DNA of 60,436 bases, the filler included, from Sphacelaria rigidula (Eukaryota): the NCBI GenBank assembly GCA_964200075.2. It is 7 parts of 7 records of this genome, joined end to end, with 100 filler letters (N's around TTAATTAATTAA, not from the genome) between each part and the next. Parts side by side here need not be neighbours in the genome. Positions count along the whole stretch, not along the records: positions 43,242 to 51,789 come from CAXNAA020010817.1; positions 51,890 to 60,436 come from CAXNAA020010818.1; 5 more parts are not named here. The stretch is one strand, 5' to 3'. The notes under the pieces are model-generated. The model was not told where the DNA came from. It did not search any database and saw only the letters and a list, made by a program, of their open reading frames with translations. The first letter of the stretch is position 1. Every line of letters starts with the position of its first letter. Shown one piece after another: positions 50,201 to 60,436 of the stretch. The translations under genes were made by a program, and so were the position numbers.

Positions 50201-50561
50201 TATCCACCCCTCGCCTTCATTAGGCGCCTCTTGTACCTAATGTCGGAAAGTTCAGGGAAATTACTGACCAGATTTCTACCGCCTACAGGAAAGCTGTCAG
50301 GTTTTCCGGGTATATCTCACCACAGCCCCCAACCTCCATGTGAATTTGACATGAAGGGGGTGATGACTCTACCCTATCCGTATTTGTCATGTGCTTTGTA
50401 TTCTCGATTGGCATGTAAGGTGGTCAACCTTCGCGCTATATATCTTACTTGTCTAGGTTTTGATTTTATTCTTGTCTATGTTTGTTGTGAAATGGGAGAA
50501 AAGATCTCGGCTATTTCCCGTCTCGATATGAGGAAGTAGATCTGTTCTGTCTCGCTATTTT

Positions 50562-51370
50562 ACGTCTATATCCGGGCTGTGCTATGGTATTTTTAAGAAA
50601 AGGAGGGCTACCTTCTTCATCCTATGTCTATATCCAGGCTGCATCATGGTAGGCTAAAGGAAAAGCTTGGTCAGCTTCTCTATTTGATGTCTATGTCAGG
50701 GCTGTGTTATGGTATAGCTTAAAGGAAAAGAATGGTTGACTTCTTCATAGCATATCTATACCCGGGCTGTGTTCTGGTGGGTTGGTGGGTTGAAGAAGGA
50801 GAGTGGCTACACACGCGGCCAATTGGCTTCACCCCAAATGCCTCCGGGGGGATGCGCGGCCCTCCAGGGGGAAAACAAGTCTCAGAAGGCCTTGGATCCC
50901 TTTGGAGGAAACCAGACTCTACCGACCCGGAGGGCCGCGCACCCCTCCGGAGGAATGTGGGGGTATGCGCGGCCCTCCAGAGGCAAGAGTAAGTCTCTGG
51001 AGGCGTCTAATCCCTCTGGAGAAAACAAAAAAAAATCCTCTGGAGGGCCGCGCACCCCTCCGGAGGCGTTTAATTCCTCTGGAGGCTCGAAACGTTTACC
51101 CACCTGGAGGAATTTTGGAGGTAGCCAAATGGCCGCGTGTGTAGCTTCTTTATGATATCAAACCATGTCCATATCAGTGCTGTGTTACGGTAGATTAAAG
51201 AAAAAGAAGGGTCAGCTTCTCTTTTCCATGTCTATGTCCGGGCTGTGTTATGGTGAGTTGAAGAAAAAAGATGGCTAGCTTTTCTATTCCATGTCGATGT
51301 CCGGGCTGTGTTCTGGTAGGTTGAAGAAAAGGAGGGTTAGCTTCTCTATTCCATGTTTACGTCCGGGACG
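50562..51370. repeat. Diverged 62-63-bp tandem repeat array (about 7 units)
   Basis: Consensus approximately ATGTCTATGTCCGGGCTGTGTTATGGTAGGTTGAAGAAAAGGAGGGTTAGCTTCTCTATTCC. Units start near 50562, 50623, 50687, 50751, 51165, 51228, 51291 and 51353. Confidence 0.85.
50810..51141. mobile_element. 332-bp Tc1/mariner-type MITE with TA target-site duplication
   Basis: TA|CACACGCGGCCAATTGGCT ... AGCCAAATGGCCGCGTGTG|TA. Removing it restores TGGCTAGCTT, as seen in an uninterrupted tandem unit near 51272. Internal GGGCCGCGCACCCCTCCGGAGG repeats. Confidence 0.88.
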
Positions 51371-51789
51371 TTCTTTCGTCTAGTAGTGGCGGTTTATGGT
51401 ACAGGTACGGTGACAGGCTGTACGTTTTACATCTAGGATCTGGTGGCTTGTTTCACAGCACCGTTTCCACTAGACGCCAACCCAAAAGTCTAGAGGTGAG
51501 GGGGATACTTGATCGCTCGGACGTTTACCATGTATCTCTCGCAGGAGAAACCTGTACTCTCGAAGAAAGAGGAAATTCAGTGACTAGCGGGATCGACGTG
51601 AAAGAGTGGAGGACTCTGTCAAGACAAGGGAAATCGTTTGAGCTGCCCGACGGTAGAAAAGTGCTGGTGAAAAAGCTGACCACCGCGCCGCCCGTGGAGT
51701 CGGAGAAACGTGATCCGAGTGATGCTACGGTAGGGATACAGAAATAAGTTCTGAGGTTAGAATTGTTAGGAGCCCCTTATCTCATCCAA

Positions 51790-51889
51790 NNNNNNNNNNN
51801 NNNNNNNNNNNNNNNNNNNNNNNNNNNNNNNNNTTAATTAATTAANNNNNNNNNNNNNNNNNNNNNNNNNNNNNNNNNNNNNNNNNNNN
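51790..51889. other. Artificial contig linker
   Basis: N44-TTAATTAATTAA-N44. Confidence 0.98.
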
Positions 51890-51946
51890 GTGCCCGTGAT
51901 GGGAGGAGTCCACATGGCAATCTGATCTTGAGTGCCAGAAGTCTAT
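51890..51946 (+). repeat. 3' part of Gypsy LTR subfamily B
   Basis: GTGCCCGTGATGGGAGGAGTCCACATGGCAATCTGATCTTGAGTG.CAGAAGTCTA, nearly identical to 56584-56641. Confidence 0.8.
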
Positions 51947-52407
51947 AACGAGTTGGATACTTATTTGATTCTGGTTTCAGGTATATTGCTTGGCTGTTGC
52001 ACTCCGTTGCACAGGTGATGAACGTACAAAAGAGCATTTTGTATGTTGAACGGTATCGAATGCGAGACACGAATTGTCACGATGGCTTAGAATTGAAAGT
52101 TCGTTGACGTTCAAGATTTATTTGCCGGTTTGGAGTCAGGAGACTTGTTTGGAGCATGGGTTTGAGTATTGGGCGTCAGCTATCGCTTGGAGCGATGCAA
52201 GTAGCGTGATTGCGTGTTCATCATAGAGGGTTTGGACTTCTTGCCAGATGTTCTGAAATGGGACAAGCTTGTATGGCTGTCATCGTATACTGTGGTAGGG
52301 ATTACCATTATCGGTGGAAATGATGGTAGACTCCGGCAACAATGATGCCTAAGTTTATCAAGCTCTAGGTTGACTACTTGTAGGAAGTAAGCGAGCTTTG
52401 GGGGTGC

Positions 52408-52690
52408 TGTAGACTCCCGGCACCATCGTTACCGTGGTTAGGTACATGACTGCAGTGGAGAAAATGCATATCAAGCGTTTATATGCTGGTTGATCGATAA
52501 CGGGCCTGAGAGTATGATCGGTGGACTCCGTGATGTATAATATTTGCACACGAGGTGCACCGGTTACTTCTGGTTTGAACGAAGACTGCTGTTTGTATGA
52601 CTGCTTGAGTGTTGAAGTCTCTGGAGCCCGTGACAGGGAGGAGGCCCCTAGAGCAGCACTGTGACCTTGTTCTGATTTCAGACGAATATA
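52408..52690 (+). repeat. Diverged Gypsy LTR related to subfamilies A and B
   Basis: Starts TGTAGACTC after a G-rich tract. Its 3' half shares GAAGTCTC...GGGAGGA...TGACCTTGTTCTGA with LTR-A. Confidence 0.6.
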
Positions 52691-53530
52691 TGAATCATAT
52701 ACCTACCACGACAACAATGTTGCCCGGAGTCTACGAATCGTTGTGAATCTCGGTTGATTATCACACTCATGAATAGCTACATGGAAATCGGTAGGTGGGC
52801 ACTAGCAATAACTGTTGACAAGCAACTGTTGCAGGCTTCATGCAGTCCTGTGATCCACCGCTGCGGGTAATATTAATAAAATAATGTTATGTAAGCACCC
52901 ACGTATTCACAGTCGAAATATAAACTAGAAGTTAATGGTTAGGTGTGATCTCTTGAAACCGAAACAAATTCACATAATTCCCAATTTATTTTACGCATGC
53001 ATGGCTTGTTTATACCATTTGGGGCTATCCACCAAGAGCGCAAACAATCAAACAGGGATCACACGTTGAGGTTACATTCATTTTCCACGACAATAAAGCA
53101 AATCGGCGTACATTGTACCGTGCCTGGTAGCATGTATGCAGACAGTATGACATTACGGTTACACGAACAGTTTTCGCGCATTAGCGGACGTCAGCGTAAC
53201 AATATCATTCTCTCTCAGTTGCATACACGGTCATGCATGAGATGCGGTTAGTAGGTGGCCTTCGTTCCCAAAGGCATGCTCTATCTATCATTATTTTTTG
53301 CAAATGATATTTCGGGAGTCCCTTTTCATCATTTTCACATGCGAGAGCAGTTCATGAAGTCACGTGTACTGGTTAAATACTGCAGTTTAAAGTTTTACTC
53401 ATGCAGCACGATCACTACTACAATACATGTGTCCTTGCAGTATACATACTCGAATTAACACTACATGGCATATGTAATCGGGGTATCTTCCGCTGTCATA
53501 GTCTGACATTCGATGTTCGATGGTGATTCG

Positions 53531-53813
53531 TGTAGAGTAGTCCACCTCCAGTACACGTACGTGCAAGTTCATGATGATCTTCACGTGGAACGATCTGCTG
53601 TAGGCGTTTTCTATTGGTTGACGGACTTGCGGGTCTGATCGGCAGACTATGTGGATTTGAAGATCACATGCTTCATGCATGTGTTTACTTCCGATATCGC
53701 AGGCTGTGTGTTTATTGTGAACAACAACTGTCTTGAAGTCTCCAAACCCTAGTGAGGGAGGAAGGCCTTGGAGCAGTCTTATGACCTTGTTCTGAGTCCA
53801 GGAGGGCTCTACA
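53531..53813 (+). repeat. 5' LTR (subfamily A) of a Gypsy element
   Basis: 283 bp, TGTAGAG...CTCTACA, with gag starting about 170 bp downstream. Further copies at 57158-57437, 58223-58507 and 59289-59572. Confidence 0.85.
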
Positions 53814-53985
53814 ATAAACGTTTATTGAGGGGAACCCGCTGGTGTCTGAAAAAGGTTTTTCAGCTGTGGGCAGCTGCGGAGAAATTATATCAGACTTTGT
53901 ACACAGTAGTGTGCACTCTGTAACGTGAGGGAGCTCGCTGACAACAGAGAGACGGCTAGATTAGCTGGAACTGTTGCGTGCAGCT

Positions 53986-56406
53986 ATGGCAACGCGCAAG
54001 AAAGTGGGTGATGGCGATGCAGGCGAAGAGGTAAAGTTTAAGCTTACTGAATTTATGCCTGCAGGATAGCTGAAAGCCCAAGAGTACGGACGGCATTTTA
54101 GCGAAAATGCGTCCCGACGTTTTTATCAGAAATACATCGAGTATGAGGAGGCGGTCAAGTTGAACAATGAGGGACGTAGCATGCAGGCCGTCTTACTGAC
54201 TGTTACTGAACTGGTGCCGAAGCACATTCGTGCGTGTCAATCATGCACGATTTTTGACGGATCCGTGCTTGCCGAAGATGATCTCAAGCAGGCACTGGAC
54301 CGACATGCGAAATGTTGGGAGGATGAAGAGATTGATCCTTCGGTTGCTGCCGCTGGTGTGCGGAAAGCGTTGACGGTCCGCAACGAGGAGACTGCACTGC
54401 CGAGCATACGTTCCGCGATGATTGGAATCTCAAACCAGGACCCGCTCAAATCATACCGCGGGAAATGTTGAATGGACTTACCCCCCCTGAATTCAAAACC
54501 AAAGTCCTCAACATGCTGAACACAAGGGGGGGTGGCAGGAGGACCCTGGGCTCGTGCTTAACACGGCTCGGGAAGCAGCGGTGGTATGGAAGACGGTGGA
54601 AGCGGCGGATAAGCAGCGCCATCAGCAGCCACAGCTGAAACAAAAGAGTGGCAGCGGGACTTCCGGAAGGAAGGGAACCGAATGGTGGAAAAACGGCGAG
54701 CAGTGGAAATGGGACTGCCAGTTCCGGGAAAACTCACAAATCAGGCCCAAACTATGCAGTATGTTTCATATGTGGAGACAAGGGCCATTTTCGGAAGGAT
54801 TGCAAGCAGCAATGCCAGGCTGCTGCTACACAACGTAGTGACGGTGGGCAGACGAAGGCTGGCGACAAGCAGCAATAACAACAGCAGCTGTCGCAGGCCC
54901 CTGCACAGGTGCCTCGCGGAGGGGGCACGAGTCCCGCCCCTACAAAGGCTGTATTTTCAGCCGATGGAGAAAGTGCTCCCAGCGGGGGGGCGACGTTGCC
55001 ACCAGAACTAGTCGCTTCTACTGGTGGCGTACAGCAGATCATGTCATCGAAGTCGTTCCCGGATTCGAAATTTGACGCGTTGCCAGCATCGAGATCGCTC
55101 AAAGCGGGTAATGTGTCAGGTTTTCAATCTGAGGGTCCGAAGTAGATCACAAGGAAAGGTGGTGTCTTGCCGACTTGTCTGTCCCGAGTGTAGGGGAAAA
55201 GCGGTGTTTGTCCGGTCACGGCTATTTTAGATTCAGGATCTGGACTTACGACCATATCAGTTGATGTGGCGGCGAAATTACAAGCCGTGGTTCCAGATGT
55301 TCAAGTGGTGAGACCGATGGCTGGTGAACAGTTGGTGAAATTGGCAAATGGCAATGCTGAGCGCGTGAAGCAGAAAACTTGCCTTGTCCGCACCGCTTTG
55401 CACATCAGCTAGGTCCGGTTGTATTGGACCCATGCTCCTATGCGGTCATGCCGGGTACCGATGATGTCATTATCATGGGGAGCCCTATACTAGAGGAGCT
55501 TGGCATCGACGTGTACAGTAGTTTAGGTGCCTGTGCGCGGGCGAGAAACACTTCGGTTTGTCGACGTATCAACATCGCGGTTGAGGCTCTGCAGCACCAA
55601 GGTGATCGGGAGGAGCCCGTGGATCCCTCAGTCGAGCGGCTGGTGTCGCGCCGTCCGGAGATGAGTACGACCCCCGAACAAGAGCTGGCTGAGCGTAAGG
55701 TCGCGCTGGAGGAGGTGGTACTAGCAGCTGCCAATAATGGTATGTCCGAGAGCGGCGTGGGCAAGCTTCGCGAGCTTGTGAACCACCGTGCGAAAGCTTT
55801 TCGGCGAGCTCTACGTGGTGATCCGCCCGCTCGTGTCGAATCTCTCACAGTGACATTCGAACCTGGCGGTACGGCCGTCAAGGCCAGGCCGCGAGCATAC
55901 ACTCCGGTTAAGATGGCATGGCTGACACGTTACATGGCGACGTTAGTGGTGCTCAGGCTCGTGTATCGCAGTTTGCCAGCAGGATGGGCGAGGGCGGCTG
56001 TTGCAACGTCTAAAAGGGGCGGGTTTCAGGCTGGTGAGTGATTTCCGTGCCGTTAATAAGCAGATTGAGAAAGTGCCGACTGTGATGCCAAACCAAGAAG
56101 CTGAGATGACGGATTTGCTAGGGGCTGCTTGCTTTGGAAAGCTAGACATGCTGCAGGGATACTGGCAGATGCCGTTGGCGGCAGATGCCCAAGAAATTTT
56201 CACTATCGCAACCCCTGACGCGTTATTCACGCCTACGCGCGTGCCTCAAGGAGTACTCAAGACTACGGGGTATTTTTAGGGCACTATGACGAAGCTATTG
56301 ACTGGACTTTCATGTAAGGTGTGGGTAGATGACATCTTGTGGTGAGAGGCAAATGAAGGTGACTTGCTGTGCACGCTGAATGCGATGATAAGCCGCCTCG
56401 AGGATG
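53986..56406 (+). mobile_element. Degenerate Ty3/Gypsy gag-protease-RT (3'-truncated), same lineage as the 3020-6444 element
   Basis: Gag MATRKKVG...LVPKHIRAC, knuckle CFICGDKGHFRKDC, protease AILDSGSG, and RT motifs FRRALRGDPPA, KLDMLQGYWQMPL and VWVDDI. Confidence 0.92.
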
Positions 56407-56829
56407 TGCAGACTCTAGCCATCATTGTTACCTAAGGTTAGGGTCTGATTGCCGGACTCTGTGATGGTGACCTCCATGACGAGTAGAGCCGGTTTTGCTA
56501 CTCTGGTGGAGAGAGGCTTTGGCCCTGCTCTCCTGTATATGCGGAGGGTTAGTATATGAATAACTAAAGCTGCTGAAGTCCATGTGCCCGTGATGGGAGG
56601 AGTCCACATGGCAATCTGATCTTGAGTGACAGAAGTTTACAATGAACAAGCGACAGAAGTCTACAATGAATGTTCATTGTGAACTTCTGTCACTCAAGAT
56701 CAGATCGCCATGCGAACTCCTCCCATCACGGGCACATGGAATTCAGCAGCTGTAATTATTCATATACTAACCCTCAGCATATACAGGAGAACAGGACCAC
56801 ACCTCCAACCACACTCTCTCCACCAGAGT
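56407..56829. repeat. LTR subfamily B followed by an inverted partial copy of itself (fold-back with about 150-bp arms)
   Basis: LTR TGCAGACTC...GAAGTTTACA at 56407-56641. Segment 56500-56647 is the imperfect inverse of 56671-56829. Confidence 0.9.
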
Positions 56830-57157
56830 TTTGGGCGAAGGTTTGAGAATTTGGCGCTAGCTCAATGCCAGTGCTTGAGATAGTACTATACTTGGCACGT
56901 TTGCTTTGTGTGAGAATGCTATGCGTAAAAATTACCGTTGAAGAATGGTTGACTTCCCTGGATTCGCTTGAGACATTGTCTTAGAGTGTCGATGTTCAAG
57001 GTTGTGTACGTTATCATTTCTTTGTGGAACATGACAGAAAAAGATCGCGTGTCACTACCGGGGGGACAAAGGTAGCATGAACGTGATAGTCGGTGTCTAC
57101 TGTTTTGTCAAACTCGCGTTCTACTTCGAGTAGTGCGGAGTTTTGGGAGGTGCTCTT

Positions 57158-57437
57158 GAGTAGTCCATCTCCAGTACGCGTACGTGCTGGTTCATGATGA
57201 TATACAAGTGGAACGATATGCTGTAGGCGTTTTCTATTGGTTGACGGACTTGCGGGTCTGATCAGCAGACTATGTGGATTTGAACATCACATGCTTTACG
57301 CATGTCTTTACCTCCGATAACGAAGGCTGTGTGTTTATGAACAACAACTGTCTTGAAGTCTCTAGACCCTACCGAGTGAGGGAGGAAGCCCTTGGAGCGG
57401 TCTTGTGACCTTGTTCTGAGTCCAGGAGGGCTCTATA
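57158..57437 (+). repeat. Solo LTR, subfamily A
   Basis: Colinear with 53531-53813, ending GGAGGGCTCTATA. Confidence 0.85.
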
Positions 57438-58222
57438 TTCGCTACAGTTTGTCCCCAGAGTGAAAGCACATCACTCATGATTAACTGTTACTTATGAACT
57501 GTTAGACTGAGTAAACGGTTGGGGTTTGAAGGAGGAGATAGTGCAGGTCGTATACAATCAGTACAACCATTTTATACAGCCATCCTGTGACAGCATCACA
57601 ATAAATGAAACGACAGCATGTCGTGGAACCGAAGGGTGACGTCGCAACCCAATGTGCGGAGACACAAGCGATTTTTTTATTCCAGCAGGTCTTGTCGACT
57701 TTGAGTATGTGTAGAGCAGCATAGCGTGGTTCCATTTCAGCTGCATCAAACTGCAAAATCATACCGTATAGCAACAGCTGCATCAGTTGTGAACATGTCT
57801 AACGTTAGTCCGTCCAGCGGCGCATCCCGAGCGTGTGATTACACCATTATGAATTGCGAACAAAACCAGGGTTGCTTGATCAGAAACAGCCCAGACAGTG
57901 GTGCAATATGCTCATTATTTTGTTGTGCGTTAAATCTATAAAATATCCAGCCGATTGCACCGTGAGATGTGAAGTGTCGCCTACAATAGTACCCGCAAGT
58001 CACACGTGCACTTTTCACTTCCCTAGTCACCAACGCGCTCATTATCATTTTTTTGTTCTTCAAGTGCGGAACAGTTGACCCGAATTCGTGTGCAGAGTGA
58101 ATCATGAAGCAGGAGATTAGACTATGTCAGGCCATCGGTTGTCGGTGAAAAATACGACAGTTGTTGGAAGAGCGCTTGTCTGCACATTCACACCAAGGTC
58201 ACCACGCAGTCAAGACGTGAAT

Positions 58223-59288
58223 TGTACAGTAATCCACCTCTAGTATACGTACAGATGACGAGGAGCTGCAGGTTGATGCATGAAGGTTTAGATATGAACT
58301 TTGTATCATGATATTAGATCATGAGATATTCTCTGGAGTATGACAATGCCTGCTTGACAGTATATGTGTGCAAAGGAGGTGCAAGGTCACTTCCGATAAC
58401 GAAGACTGCGTTTGTGAACAACAACTGTCTTGAAGTCTTCAAGCCCTAGTGAGGGAGGAAGCCCTTGGAGCAGTCTCGTGACCTTGTTCTGAGTCCAGGA
58501 GGGGTCAATAAACAACGTTCATTCAGGGAACCCGCTGGTTTCTGGCAAAGATTTCTTTCAGCTGCGGACAGTGTCTGCAAAAACATTTTTGTATTGTACA
58601 CATACAAGTGTGCAGTCTATAACGCGAGGCAGGTCATTGCAGCTCGTTGAACAGAGGGACGGCCACGTTGGCTGGAAGCATTGCGTGCAGCTAGGGAAGA
58701 ATGGCAGCGCGCAGGAAAGGAGGTGGGAGCGATGCAGGCGATGAGGTGACGTTTAAATTTACTGAGCTTATACCAGGTGGATCGCTAAAAGCACCGGAGT
58801 ACGGACGGCATCTTAGCGAAGATGCCCCCAGACGTTTTCTTAAAAAATATGGGGACTACAAAGAGAGCGTACAACTGAGCAATAAGGGGCGGACAGTACA
58901 GGCCACTTCATTGACCGTGACAAAACTCGTGCCTAAACACATTCGCGCGTGTTTGTCACGTACAATATGTGATGAATCGGTACTCCATGATGAAAATCTG
59001 AAGGAGGCATTGGGTCGACATGCAAAATGTTGGATTGATACAGGGATCGATGCTTCAGTTGCTGCAGCGGGTGTGCGGAAGGCGTTGACCGCTCGGAACG
59101 AGCGGATTGCTATGGGTAAAATCGAGGAACAGTGGGGTGCCCTCGAGCAGTTGTTTTCCCGAAGATGGAAGGCTGTGCTCGGGCAATACGATTAATCCAT
59201 CAGGCACATTACTGGTGAGCGCAACTGCCGGGGAGATCTATTGTCAAGGTGGGTAAACGTTCCGGCGGTGTCTGTGCGTGCTGCGGCT
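58223..59288 (+). mobile_element. Internally deleted Gypsy copy: LTR-A-like, gag N-terminus, then RNase H end
   Basis: LTR at 58223-58507 and gag ORF from 58701 (MAARRKGG...LVPKHIRAC). It jumps at about 59160 to RWKAVLGQY...HITGERN...LLSRWV. Confidence 0.85.
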
Positions 59289-59572
59289 TATAGAGCCCTC
59301 CTGGACTCAGAACAAGGTCACAAGATTGCTTGTTCCAAGGCCTTCCTTCCTCACTAGGGCCTGGAGACTTCAAGACAGTTGTTGTTCATAAACACACAGC
59401 CTGCGTTATCGGAAGTAAAGACATGCGTGAAGCATGTGATCTTCAAATCCACATAGTCTACCGATCAGACCCGCAAGTCCGTCAACCAATAGAAAACGCC
59501 TACAGCAGATCGTTCCACGTGAAGATCATGATGAACCTGCACGTACGTGTACTGGAGGTGGACTACTCTACA
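59289..59572 (-). repeat. Inverted LTR, subfamily A
   Basis: Reverse complement TGTAGAGTAGTCCACCTCC...GGAGGGCTCTATA. Confidence 0.88.
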
Positions 59573-60350
59573 GCATCCCCAAATTGAGCGGGTCCTGGTT
59601 TGAGATTCGCATTATCGTGGAACGCACGCTCAGCGTTGGTATTCTCCGCGAAACATTCCTCCAGGGCACCCCACTGCCCTCCTACTCTTCCCAGTGCAGT
59701 CTCCTCGTTGCGGACCGCCAACGCCTTCCGCACACCAGTGGCAGCAACCGAAGGATAAATCTCTTCATCCTCCCAACAGTTCGCATGTCGGCCTAGTGCC
59801 TCCTTGAGATCATCTTCGGCAAGCATGGATCCGTAAAACATCGTGCGTGATTGACACGCACGAATGTGCTTCGGCACCTGCGCACATGAAACCCACATCG
59901 CCCTCCTGCATCGCCTTTGCAAATTATTCTCGATCGATAACGTGCGCCGGAAAAGAGAGATTACGATATGATGTGTCACGCTGCTCAAGAAGAATAGAGC
60001 AAAAAATACGAACTACTCCGTCAGACCACGGAGAATACGCCACCGCAAACTCGTGATCAAGATGCAAAGCCTCTCGCAATAGGACCAAGATCGCATACTT
60101 CAAGTGCGTGACGGTATTACTCACCCACAAACGCGGCAACCCCAAAGTTTTGCACCAATTTCGCAAAGATGCAGCAGTCGATTTAGCAGTACACACTGGT
60201 ACTGGTTCCAGGAACGAAGTTGCACAAATCAAACATGATGACCAAGATTAATCGAACGGAGCATCCTCCGACAAACCTTGGGAAGTCAGCGAACCACTGT
60301 CGCTCATGTACAAGACGTCAAAATGAGCGAATTCATTCGGCATGATCTTA
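59573..60350 (-). mobile_element. Rearranged Gypsy gag and integrase fragments
   Basis: VPKHIRACQSRT...EDEEI (gag) at 59573-59880. HFDVLYM, WCKTLGLPRLWVS and FAVAYSPWSDG (integrase) at 59924-60350. Confidence 0.85.
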
Positions 60351-60378
60351 TGGACTGTTTTGTCTCATGTACAAGACA

Positions 60379-60436
60379 TCTGTCACTCAAGATCAGATTG
60401 CCATGTGGACTCCTCCCATCACGGGCACATGGACTT
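60379..60436 (-). repeat. Inverted partial LTR subfamily B at the contig end
   Basis: Reverse complement AAGTCCATGTGCCCGTGATGGGAGGAGTCCACATGGCAATCTGATCTTGAGTGACAGA. Confidence 0.85.

Noticed and set aside
50562..51370. CRISPR-like periodicity of about 63 bp
   Set aside because: The whole unit is homologous between copies, so there are no unique spacers. There are no cas genes and the context is eukaryotic.
51890..60436. Linear element or virus with terminal inverted repeats spanning contig 7
   Set aside because: The inverted ends are partial copies of a high-copy LTR that also occurs internally. Contigs commonly break in such repeats.

Overview
This is eukaryotic, transposon-dense DNA, most likely from a stramenopile. 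Ectocarpus-like repeats, G/C homopolymers and CAG-rich exons point to a brown alga, but the taxon is an inference. The window is not one locus: it is seven unrelated contigs of 8549, 8548 (x5) and 8547 bp, sorted by length and joined by artificial 100-bp N44-TTAATTAATTAA-N44 linkers. Most of it is decayed mobile elements: four Ty3/Gypsy loci (three retain a chromodomain), three Ty1/Copia relics, a DIRS/Ngaro-type tyrosine recombinase, a LINE, tRNA-derived SINEs, MITEs and many solo LTRs. There are also a few probable host exons, one of them polyQ-rich. No prokaryotic genes, CRISPR array, rRNA or intact tRNA were seen. Two patterns stand out. First, a Gypsy family has a short palindrome (with one compensatory base-pair change between copies) instead of a tRNA primer-binding site after its 5' LTRs, and one LTR is folded back on itself exactly at that palindrome, suggesting possible hairpin self-priming. 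Second, a LINE has no poly(A) tail and its 3' ends abut C-runs, with a target-site duplication that begins in the C-run. Both are hypotheses from few, degenerate copies.
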